Shown here piece by piece: positions 1 through 9,386 of a stretch of DNA of 64,000 nucleotides. Numbering within the stretch: the stretch's first letter is position 1; every line of letters begins with the position of its first letter. A model generated the notes under the pieces. That model was not told the DNA's origin, did no database searches, and saw only the letters and a program-made list of their open reading frames with translations. Position numbers and translations under genes: made by a program. The stretch lies in NCBI GenBank assembly GCA_963816395.1, contig CAWFKQ010000009.1, positions 192,001 to 256,000 on the forward strand. Reading direction: 5' to 3'. This DNA is from an uncultured delta proteobacterium. Its GTDB lineage: Bacteria; Desulfobacterota; Desulfuromonadia; Desulfuromonadales; JACZKF01.

Positions 1-782
1 GGGCTGACGGTGCGGTCACCGGCGGAGCCGATTTTCATCAGCAGTACCGTCTCGGTGTGGGTATTTTTTTCATCTTCTTTGTAATGGTCCCGGACCACCA
101 GTTTGTCGCCGTGGAATTTCTCCGGGCGATGGCATTCCTCACATGTCTCCCGGGCGGGACGCAGGCCGCGCACCGGGGTTTCGATGGGCCGGCTGTAAGT
201 GTCGGTGGCGACTGCCAGCAACTGGCGGGTACCGGAAATTTTCGATTTGACGAACCAGGTGGCGCCGGCGCCGATGTGGCACTCCACACATGGAACGCGG
301 GAGTGGGGGGAACTTTTGTAGACGGTGAATTCGGGACTCATCACCGTATGGCAGAACTGCCCGCAAAACCCGACCGATTCCATGTAGTGATAGCCGCGAT
401 AGGCCAGCAGACCCATGATAAACATATTGACGCAGGTGAGGAAGACGGCGAAAAAGACCAGCCTGCGCATCTTGCTGAATTTGCGGGGATCGGAGAAGTA
501 ATCCCGCAAGTACTCCAGGGTGAAGAGGCGGACTTCCTCTTTCCCCTTGAAAAAGAAGAGGCCGAAAAACACCAGGACCAGGCCGCCGATGAAGGCCGGG
601 CCCAGGACCATGTAGATGACCGCTCCGACATAAGGATTGGTGATGTGCCAGATGAGGTCGTAGATGATGGCCCCGAGAAGGAACGGGGTAACGACGGTAA
701 CCACCATAGCGCCGATCAGGGAGATCCGACTCCTGGCGATGCCTCTGGAAAATGCTCCGATAATATCCGTCAGTCTCTTCAT
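1..782 (-). CDS. imcH: ImcH-like inner-membrane NapC/NirT-domain multiheme cytochrome c (3' end runs off the window)
   Basis: Not in the ORF track because there is no stop in the window. Hand translation from ATG 782: MKRLTDIIGAFSRGIARSRISLIG..., three hydrophobic segments, then CGQFCH, SPHSRVPCVECH and LRPARETCEECH. Confidence 0.8.
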   Translation of the reverse strand, partial: MKRLTDIIGAFSRGIARSRISLIGAMVVTVVTPFLLGAIIYDLIWHITNPYVGAVIYMVLGPAFIGGLVLVFFGLFFFKGKEEVRLFTLEYLRDYFSDPRKFSKMRRLVFFAVFLTCVNMFIMGLLAYRGYHYMESVGFCGQFCHTVMSPEFTVYKSSPHSRVPCVECHIGAGATWFVKSKISGTRQLLAVATDTYSRPIETPVRGLRPARETCEECHRPEKFHGDKLVVRDHYKEDEKNTHTETVLLMKIGSAGDRTVS

Positions 783-1030
783 GCTGTTCGCCCTTTTTCT
801 GGTGTTAAGTTTACATTTGACAACCGGGAGGTGGATTTTCGTGTGACAGGCCGGAAAACATCAGGAATGAAAGGGTTTTCAGGCGATCCGGTTCTCTATC
901 GCGCAAAAAGTATTAAATCATGTAAGGTCCTATCCAAGCAGGGCCTTTTATCATTTTCTTCGATATTTTGTCAAACGCAAAATGGTTAGTTATGCCTCAC
1001 TAGAAAGATCCCTCATGAGGGAAATAATGT

Positions 1031-1068
1031 AAAAAAAGCAATGCCGCCCGGCGGGCGGCATTGCTTTT
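1031..1068 (-). terminator. Intrinsic terminator, potentially bidirectional
   Basis: AAAAGCAATGCCGCCC-GGC-GGGCGGCATTGCTTTT hairpin with an A7 run on the left, downstream of the cbcU-like gene. Confidence 0.85.
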
Positions 1069-1145
1069 GAAAACTGCAACTGACTGAAACCGGGGGCCGA
1101 AGATCCTTCTCGGGAGGCAGAACCCTCGAGCCCTTAATCTCCCGG

Positions 1146-2499
1146 TTAGCCCCTTTGGGGGTAGCCGGCAACGCTCCCACTGTGGGCGCTCTTCAGCGCC
1201 GCGTCCTCCGAGTGGGATTCTTTAGGAAAGGCGGGGACGATTTTGTTTAAAATCCAGAAGAGGACAAAGGGAGTAATCATGACCGTCAAGGCGCCAAAGA
1301 AGCCTTCCTTGAAGGTCTCCATGCTGTGGGGAATGAAAGGCAGGTGATAATCCATGAAGCCGGCAAAGCTGAGGGAAAAGGCCTGCCCGCCGATGACGAC
1401 GTTCCACCGCATCATGAAAACACCGAACAATACCAGAATGGTGGCAATGGTGGTGCGCTTTACCGTCCTGCCGGGCAGAATCATGAGGATGAAGGGAAGC
1501 AGGTTGCCGATGGCGTACTGAAGAATGAAGATTTTGAAAAAATCTCTCTCCATGATGACCTCACGCAATATATCCCAGGATTTGACCTGGGTGTAGCCGC
1601 GGAAGATCAGGTCGAGAATTTCCAGAGTCATGGCGGCGATCATGAAATAGAGAAGGTAGTTGGAAACCATCTTGACCTCCGCTTCCTCGGCGCCGCGCAG
1701 TTCTTCCACACTCGGGGCTTCGGCGTCCTTAGCCCAGCGGGCCATCTTCCGCTTGGCCAGAAATTTGCGCATCTCCTGGACGATGACATAACAGAGGATG
1801 CACAGGGCAATGCCGGAAACAATGGCCGAACAGATGAAGATGACCGGCATCAGGGGAGTCATCCACAGGGCATTGGCTTTGACGGAGCCGAAGATGAAAC
1901 CGGCATAACCGTGCAGAAAACAGGCGACCGGAATGCCGATTGCGGCCATGATCTTGCAGGCCTTGTGATCCTTTTCGATGGCTTCAGCGCTGATGTCCAT
2001 GGCGCCGAGGGTCAGGGCCTTGAAGAGCAGGAGGCGCAGGTTGTCAAGGCTGCCGCGATCGGGTTTGTGCTGCAGTTCCTGAACGGTGGTGACGAAATGC
2101 TTTCGATAGACGAACCACAGTTCTGAGGCGACGATGAAGAAATAGGTGAGAAAAACGATGCCGAAGGCGGATATGGCCGAGGTGAAATGGGGTGTCATCA
2201 GGACGTTAATGCCGCGGAAGGGTTGCTGCAGGTGCAACATCAGCGGCATCATCGCCACCGGCAGCAGGGCAAAGGAGAAAACCAAGAGCGAATCGGGCGA
2301 TTTCCTTCAGCTTCTCAACTCCGAAGACATGGTAAAGCGAGGAGAGAACGAAAGCTCCTGCCACCAGGCCAGTCATGAAGGGATACATGACGATCTGTAT
2401 CGACCAGTAGATGTATTCGTTCGGCAGGACGAACAGTTCCTTTGTCGTCCACAGCTCCCCGTGAACATGCATCGCGTGCTGGGCCAGATGCTCAACCAT
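1146..2499 (-). CDS. cbcU: NrfD/PsrC-family membrane subunit, CbcU-like (frameshift near 2290)
   Basis: ORFs 2206-2499 and 1146-2285 join: IYWSIQIVMYPFMTGLVAGAF...LHGYAGFIFGSVKA...MRWNVVIGGQ. Lies downstream of Fe-S and tetraheme genes. Confidence 0.7.
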
Positions 2500-2501
2500 G
2501 A

Positions 2502-3275
2502 TTAGCGCACCTCCGTAGCGAGGCCGATATAAAAGGCCTGCGGTCTGGTTCCGAATTCATCCTTGAGGACCCCGACGCGTTCGTTGAGGATGATTTTGGT
2601 CACCGGGTCATTGATGTCGCGGATGTTGCACATTCTCCGTGCCCCGAAAGGGCAGGCATTGACACATGCGGTTTCCAGGCCCTTGGTAATCCGGTGATAA
2701 CAGAAGGTGCACTTGTCGGCCACCTTGTATACCGGGTGGAAATAGCGTGCCCCGAACGGACAGGCCATAATGCAGTAGCCGCAGCCGATGCACCAGGAGC
2801 GGTCGACGAGGACGACTCCATCGTCCGTCTTGTAAGTGGCGCCGACTGGGCAGACCTGCGTGCATGGGGGAGTTTCACAGTGGTTGCAGAGTTTGGGAAC
2901 GAAAAAGGCCTTGCCGACGTTTTTCGGATCGATCTCCTTGAATTCCCCCATGCCCAAGTCGATGCGGGATTCGGTGAATCCGTTAAGAGCACCATCGGGG
3001 CTGTCGATGTATCGGCGGTCGTCCTTGGTATAGACATAACGTTCCACCCAGGTGCGGGTGACCTTGGCATCGAAAGGGATGTCGTTTTCCGTCTTGCAGG
3101 CTTTGACGCAGAAACCGCAGCCGACGCATTTGTAGGTATCGATAAGAAATGCCCAGTGAATGCCCGGGTTATCCGCCAGCACCTTCTTTGGGTCCACCAA
3201 TTCGAGGGCCGAAAGAGGGACCGAGGCGCCGGCGATTACCATGATTGTGCTTTTGAGAAATTCACGCCTCTTCAT
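2502..3275 (-). CDS. cbcT: Tat-exported NrfC-type 4x[4Fe-4S] subunit, CbcT-like
   Basis: MKRREFLK Tat motif; CVGCGFCVKAC, CNHCETPPCTQVCP, CIGCGYCIMACP, KCTFC...ACVNACP. Confidence 0.75.
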   Translation of the reverse strand: MKRREFLKSTIMVIAGASVPLSALELVDPKKVLADNPGIHWAFLIDTYKCVGCGFCVKACKTENDIPFDAKVTRTWVERYVYTKDDRRYIDSPDGALNGFTESRIDLGMGEFKEIDPKNVGKAFFVPKLCNHCETPPCTQVCPVGATYKTDDGVVLVDRSWCIGCGYCIMACPFGARYFHPVYKVADKCTFCYHRITKGLETACVNACPFGARRMCNIRDINDPVTKIILNERVGVLKDEFGTRPQAFYIGLATEVR

Positions 3276-3277
3276 TG

Positions 3278-3766
3278 CTACATGTCCTCCAGTCTCGGAT
3301 TGTGCGGGTTGTGGCATTCCACGCATTCAATTCCCGGATTGTGCTCATCGGGTATGATCCCGGGAATGCGTTTTCGCTCGCTGGTGGTGTAGGGGAGACT
3401 GGTGTGGCAGCGCAGGCAGAGAGAGCGACTGCGGTCAATGGGCAGTTTTTCCGGGTCTTCCGGGTGATTGAGAGCCGGACCGTGGCAATTTTCGCAGGGG
3501 ATGACGCCGTGCAGGTCTTCCCGACGCACCTTCACCTCATCGCCGTGGCATTCTCCGCAGTACTCGTGCATTTTCTGCTTGCCGGTGTCCCGGTATTTAA
3601 CCGGCATGTTTTTCCAGTCTTCCTCACTGGCTTTGCGATGGAAGCTGTACATGAACCCATACTTCCCGCTGCCGAAATCGTTGGGAACATAGAAAAACCG
3701 GAACACCAGAATCGCACCTACGATCCCAATGACCACGAATAATGGTCGCCATACATGGTTTTTCAC
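3278..3766 (-). CDS. cbcS: Membrane-anchored tetraheme cytochrome c, CbcS-like
   Basis: N-terminal TM helix; CGECH, CENCH, CLRCH, CVECH; GTG start at 3766 inferred. Confidence 0.7.
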   Translation of the reverse strand: MKNHVWRPLFVVIGIVGAILVFRFFYVPNDFGSGKYGFMYSFHRKASEEDWKNMPVKYRDTGKQKMHEYCGECHGDEVKVRREDLHGVIPCENCHGPALNHPEDPEKLPIDRSRSLCLRCHTSLPYTTSERKRIPGIIPDEHNPGIECVECHNPHNPRLEDM

Positions 3767-3875
3767 TCCACGGTCCCTTCCTGATGGGGGTTTTTCATGA
3801 ACCAAACGCTGGTTCGATGAAAATGGCCTTAGTTAAAGGACACTTAAAGACGGCGGTGTGTCCCCGGATGCAGGC

Positions 3876-3907
3876 GATAAAATAGTATTTTATCCTTTTT
3901 ATGTCAA
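3876..3907 (-). promoter_or_regulatory. Sigma70-like promoter with a 19-bp palindrome over the -10
   Basis: Minus strand TTGACA-17 bp-TATTTT; perfect inverted repeat GATAAAATA-G-TATTTTATC at 3876-3894. Confidence 0.65.
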
Positions 3908-3972
3908 TAGTTGAAAGGCCGTTTTTCGGTTAGAAAAATCGAAAAATATAACAGGGTGGTAATTTTTCCGCT

Positions 3973-4009
3973 AAAAGAAAAGGACCTCCCCGTGGGCAAG
4001 GTCCTTTTC
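3973..4009 (-). terminator. Intrinsic terminator
   Basis: GAAAAGGACCT...AGGTCCTTTTC inverted repeat followed by a U-rich tract on the minus strand, after the DsrP-like gene. Confidence 0.75.
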
Positions 4010-4035
4010 ATCTGTAAAATAAGCCCTCTTTTTTC

Positions 4036-5314
4036 CTAGGTGTTTTCGTCGGATTTCTGGTGGACGAAAAATAGCTGATCGCCGATATAGGAACCGACCC
4101 CGTCATCTGCGACATGGAAGTCGCCATTGAGAATGGGGAGGGCAACCCGCAGCAGCATGGTGAAGACGAACATCCCGGTGGCCCAGATTCCCATGGTGAC
4201 CAGCAGTTCTATATTGGTTGGTGAATATTCATAGATTTCGTTCAGGACATCCGGGATGAAACCGGGGATCACCAGCCCCATGCCCTTTTCGATGTAGACC
4301 CCGGTGAAGATCAGGAGACAGCCAATGACCAGCATGACGTGATTCCTGCGGGTATCCGGAATGAGAAAAATCAGAAAAGCCGACATATTAAAGAGCATGG
4401 CCGTCCAGATCCAGGGAACCAGAGCGGAGTGACCGTGCAGGCCCTGAAAGAGATATTCCATCGGTGCCAGGTGAATGGTGTTCGTATAGTATTCCTTGAA
4501 AACCTCAGCCCCAAGAAGGAAACAGGTTGATGAACATGGCATAAGCGATCAACTCGGCAATCTTATGGATCGCTTCATCCTTGATCCGAAACCTGGTGTA
4601 CTTGCGGACGAGGAGAAATACCAGAATCATAAAGGCCGGCCCGGAGCAGAAGGCGGATGCCAGGAAGCGCGGTGCCAGGATCGATGAGTTCCAGAAGGGT
4701 CGGGCACCGAGGCCGTTATAGAGAAAAGCGGTGACAGTATGGATGGAAATGGCCGCCGGAATGGAAAACAGCAGCAGCGGGGTGGTAAAGTTCTTGTTCG
4801 GCTGACGCTTGTAATACAGATTGTAGAGGATGTAAACCGCAATGACCAGGTTCAAGGCCAGATAGGTATTCAGCACCACGACATCCCAGGCAAGAAGGGA
4901 TTGCGGCCAGTTGAGAATTCCCAGTTTGGGGATGAGATGCCAGAACCGGTCGGGCCGGCCGATATCCACGGTTACGAACAGCAGGCACATGCAGATGGCC
5001 GAAACGGCGAGCAATTCCCCCAGGACGGCGATCTCCTTGATCGGCTTCCAGTTATAGACGTATGCCGGTATTACCAGCAACACAGCAGCGGCGGCCACCC
5101 CCACCAGGAAGGTAAAGTTGGAGATGTAGAATCCCCAGGAGACCTGATCGCGCATCGCTGTTACGCCTAGACCGTTGTCCAGTTGATAGATGTAAGCGAA
5201 GGCGCCCATCGCCATGAGGATAGAGAGGGCGATGACCCACGCGTAGTAGGCTTTGCTCCCTTTCCCGACCAGCACCAGGGTTCCTTTGAAAAAAGACCAG
5301 ATATTCTTCATCAT
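4036..5314 (-). CDS. NrfD-family membrane quinol oxidoreductase subunit, DsrP-like (frameshift near 4515)
   Basis: GLGVTAMRDQVSWGFYISNFTFLVGVAAAAV, DIGRPDRFWH, SIHTVTAFL, LAPRFLASAF; C-terminal part IEKGMGLVIPGFIP in ORF 4036-4542. Confidence 0.8.
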
Positions 5315-5328
5315 CAGCTCCGCACGGT

Positions 5329-6257
5329 TTAGGTCGCATAGAAGTAGAAGAACTTGGGCTGCGTGTTCAGGTCTTCCTTGAGAATGAAGACCCGCTTGTT
5401 CTCGATCAGGTAGCGCATTTCACTTTTGGGGTCGAGAAGATTACCAAACTTCCGGGCTCCCACCGGGCAAATTTCTTCGCAGGCCGGATAACGCCCCGGT
5501 TGTTCCCGGGTGCGCTGAATGCAAAAGGTGCATTTTTCCACAACCCCGACCGGTCGAGGGCGATTGCCCAGATAATGGGTGTCGGGGTTCATCTCCTCGG
5601 CCGGGAGATGCCCCTTTGCGCCAGTTGAAATGACGAGCGCCGTAGGGGCAGGCGGCCATGCAGTAGCGGCATCCGATGCACCAGTTGTAGTCGACGACGA
5701 CAATGCCGTCGTTTTCCCTCCAGGTGGCCTGAACCGGGCAGACTTTGGTGCAGGGCGGTTTCTCGCACTGCTGGCAGGCGACCGGCATGTAGAAGTGACC
5801 CTCCTCCGGAACTTGTTCCGGATTGTAGTAGTGTTCCGCATATTCCAGATCGACCCCTTTTTCCTTTTCCAGGCGGACCACCCGTATCCAATGGATCTGT
5901 GGGTCGCGGGACTGGTTGTTCTCGGCGACGCAGGCATAGACGCAACGTCGGCAGCCGATGCAGCGGGAAAGATCGAGGCCATAGCCGAAGAGCACCCCCT
6001 CGATGGCAGGAGTTGCCTTGACTTTGACTTCCTTGCCGATATTCCTGGCTGTAATCCTTTTCCAGGCGGGCCAGGACCTGTTTCAGTTCATCTTTGCTGA
6101 GTTCGCGAAAATGCTTTTGAAAAAAGGTCTCCCAGACGGTAGCCGAGGCCTTGCGAGAGGGAATGGCCAGGACACCTGCGCCTGCTACCAACCCCTTTAA
6201 TGCTTTCCGGCGGGTGAGTCGAAACACGTGCTTATCGTGCTTGCTTGGATCGGACAT
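5329..6257 (-). CDS. Tat-exported 4x[4Fe-4S] NrfC/DsrO-like subunit (frameshifts near 6040 and 5612)
   Basis: TRRKALK Tat-like motif; CIGCRRCVYAC, CQQCEKPPCTKVCP, CIGCRYCMAACP, KCTFC...PACEEICP across three ORFs. Confidence 0.8.
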
Positions 6258-6286
6258 CTAGCATCTCCCTTCAGTTGAGGGTGCCG

Positions 6287-6889
6287 TTATGGGGTGGCTT
6301 CATCTGGCCTGTGGGGGGGCGGCAAAGGTTTCAACGGTTTGAATTTCGGATCGTGCGGATTGTGGCAGTGGGCACAGAGCAGATATTGCTTGTCGCCGTT
6401 CCAGTTCCCCGTTCGCTTACCGTGCACCCCAACCTTCCAATCGCGATATTTGTCCCCATGACACTGGCCGCAGAGGCGGTAGGACTCGGAAAACGGTATG
6501 ACCTCTCCGGAAACCAGCCGCAGGGTGTCCCTGTCGTAGGGATTGTGGCAGTCAAGGCACCAGCGCTGTCCTTCGGCATGGTGCAGGACAATATTGGTAT
6601 GCTCCTCCGTCAGCTTCCGGCGTTTGAGATTGGGCTCCATATCCGCGTGGCAATCGGAGCAGGGGAAGATCCCTTCCGAAAAAGGAGGGGGGGGAACTGG
6701 AAAGGTTTTTTCCGGGCCCGGATCCTTTATGTCATACGTCCTTAGCAGGTCGGCGGCGGGTTTTTCGATGACGATCAACCGGCCGGATCGGTCGAAATAT
6801 TTCTCCTTGGCTGCCTGGGCTGTCGACAGCAGCAGGCCGGACAGAATTCCGAGTGTCACCAACATCGACAGAACGTTTCGATTCTTCAT
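6287..6889 (-). CDS. Periplasmic tetraheme cytochrome c
   Basis: Signal peptide ending AQA; CSDCH, CLDCH, CGQCH, CAHCH; GAGGA RBS upstream of ATG 6889. Confidence 0.85.
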   Translation of the reverse strand: MKNRNVLSMLVTLGILSGLLLSTAQAAKEKYFDRSGRLIVIEKPAADLLRTYDIKDPGPEKTFPVPPPPFSEGIFPCSDCHADMEPNLKRRKLTEEHTNIVLHHAEGQRWCLDCHNPYDRDTLRLVSGEVIPFSESYRLCGQCHGDKYRDWKVGVHGKRTGNWNGDKQYLLCAHCHNPHDPKFKPLKPLPPPHRPDEATP

Positions 6890-7248
6890 GTTCATCCTCG
6901 CGTTTGGGATGGAATGCGTGGAACCGGACTGGCGATTGCGGCTGAGGCGGTTGCCTGCCGCCAGGGCCCGGATGCTCAAGGCTTGAGAGTGGTTTTTGCG
7001 ATCCTTTTCATCCTTTCGGATAGAGGTTTGCGCCGTCGGATTTTTGTGATAAGGTCTGCTTCAGATCACATATATAAAATATCGTTTGTTTTTATCAATA
7101 CCCAGTAATTGTATAAAGTTTTAACCATGCCGTACTTAGCAGTATAAATTATCAAATAATGTTATAGTGACGTCGTCGACGGCGAATCCACGCGCAATCA
7201 AACAGACCGGGGATGAGCCTCGGCGACGCTGGGAGGAGAGAGCGGAGA

Positions 7249-9096
7249 ATGGCTATGCTTGGACCTAAGCACTCTTTAGAGGATAGGGTGGCGCACCTGG
7301 AGCAGGAGGTGCGGGGACTCAGAGAGGTAATCGTCGAATTGCAGGGCCATCGGCCCGGGGAAGTTCGGCCGATCACCAGCCAGGCAAAAGACGAGCCGGA
7401 AGACGCCTCCGAGGAGCTGCTGACCTGGATCGGGAAATCGTCCTTGTTGCCGCGAATTTCGGCAACCTGCTTTCTGCTGGTGGTGGCCCTGATCCTGCGG
7501 ACGATCACCGACAATGATATTCTCGATAAGCAGATCGGCTCCCTGGTAGGGATGACCTATGCGGCGCTTCTTGTCGCAATCGGCTGGTTTAAATATACCC
7601 GCTCAGGATCATTAGCTCCGATATTCGCCGCTGTGCGGCGCCCTTCTCATGTACTCGATCGTGACGGAGACACATGCCCATTTCGAGTCACTGCCTTCCG
7701 TGCCCGCCTATTTCATCCTGGTCGTTACCGGCGTGGCAATGGCGACCATCAGCTACCTGCTACCACAACGCCCTGCCGGTTCTCGTCGGAACTTTGGGCA
7801 TGGGTCTGGCGAGCATTGCCATCGATTACCCTAATCCGTATTTTCCCCATCTGGCACTGGTGTTGCTGGTGGCAAATCTGCTTGGCGCCTATGCAACGCG
7901 CCTGCAGCGTTGTTCCTGGCTGCGCTGGGTTCTGTTGATCCTCACCGCTGTGATGTTGCAGGTCTGGGGCCTGAAAATCGGCCTGAAGCTCGGCCGGGGT
8001 GGTAACCCCGCCGATCTCTCCTCTCTTGGCCTCTCCTGGTACCTGCCCGTAGTGGCCCTGTTCTTTATCGCTTTCCTCGGCGTAGGTGTTTTGGCAATCG
8101 CCCGGCGGGGCGAAAAGGTGGCCAGCTTTGACCTGGCCCTCCCGACGGTGAATGTGGTCTGGGCTTTTGTTTCCGCAATTTACTACCTGCGGGCGCGTGG
8201 AAACCCCACTCTGGGGCTTGCGGTCGTGGCGCTGGCGGCAGTAGCCGTCCATTTCGGTATCGCCTGGTGGGCACACGGGAGAAGAAAGGAGCGGCCGGTC
8301 GGCACCAATGCTTACGTCCTTGCCGGGACCGTCCTCCTGGCTCTGGACATGCCGGTTCTGGCCGGTGGCCTTATGCCCGCACTGCCCATTCTCTCCCTGG
8401 TGGCTCTCGGACTGGCTCTTCTATCCGAGGGTTGGCAGCGAGGCGGAATTCGGGCCATTTCCTACCTCCTGCAGATCGGTGCCGGTGCCGCAATGGTGGT
8501 GATGCTGGTAGACGGGGGGCCGGGGGGAGATTTCATGCCGCTGAGTTTCGCCTTGGGTGGCCTGGTTTTGTTCGGTCTGCTGCATTTTCGCTGGTGTCGT
8601 CAGCAGAATACTCCGGTCGATTCTCGTCTCTTTCTCGAAATGGGATGCGGAGGACCGCACGGCAGTATTGGTCCTGTTCTCTGCCTTGATAGCCGCTTTC
8701 TTATGGTTGCGTGAGGGGCTGTATCAGGTGCTTCTGAGGACTGGGCAAAATATTGGGCCCCTGCTGCAGGGCGGGGAGACGGTGATCATCAATTTTGCCG
8801 CCGCCGGGCTGCTCCTCTTCGCCTTCGGGCGGCGAAACAAGGAGTTGCGCAACGTTGCCGTTCTAATCACGCTGATTGGCGCGGGCCGGGTCTTTATTCT
8901 CGATCTCTTCCGGATCAGTGGAGTGCCCCTGGTTGCCAGTGTCTTCTCCTTCGGAATGACAATTCTCCTGATTTCCGTAGCCTTGTCCCGCTGGCAGAAA
9001 CTGGATGCCCGGGAGGCGGGATTAAGCGGTGCGGGGGAGCGGCCTGTGGTGAATGAGGATACCGCCGGGACTTTGCCGCGGAAGTCGTATTTCTGA
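7249..9096 (+). CDS. Large polytopic membrane protein of unknown function, DUF2339-like architecture (about three frameshifts)
   Basis: N-terminal coiled coil (LEDRVAHLEQEVRGLRE), then many TM helices across ORFs 7213-7938, 7649-7834, 7674-8714 and 8557-9096. Confidence 0.6.
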
Positions 9097-9100
9097 CCGG

Positions 9101-9315
9101 CTATCGGTTGCGGAAAATGCGCATGAGCAGGACGCCGAGGATCGACAGGGACAGGCCGACGCAGAGGAACAGATAGCCGAGGCTGCGCCCCTCCCCCCAT
9201 CCCCAGAGATCACGGCCCCGCATAAAGGCGATCAGGGCGATTCCGGCGAAAGTACCAATGCCTCCGAAGATGTAAGTCGCAAGGCCAGGACGGCAAGCCA
9301 GGTATCATTGCGCAC
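9101..9315 (-). CDS. Small two-TM membrane protein, about 71 aa, hidden by one missing base
   Basis: AAAGGA RBS plus GTG; repaired reading MRNDTWLAVLALATYIFGGIGTFAGIALIAFMRGRDLWGWGEGRSLGYLFLCVGLSLSILGVLLMRIFRNR*. Confidence 0.6.
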
Positions 9316-9332
9316 GATGTTCCTTTCGAGTT

Positions 9333-9367
9333 AAAAAAAGGGGTTGCCGTCACGGCAACCCCTTTTT
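9333..9367 (-). terminator. Intrinsic terminator of cbcL, bidirectional shape
   Basis: AAAAAGGGGTTGCCG-TCA-CGGCAACCCCTTTTT. Confidence 0.85.
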
Positions 9368-9386
9368 CTTTGCAGGCGAGGACGGA

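Noticed and set aside
57..989. 310-aa plus-strand ORF at the window start
   Set aside because: Antisense shadow of the imcH-like gene.
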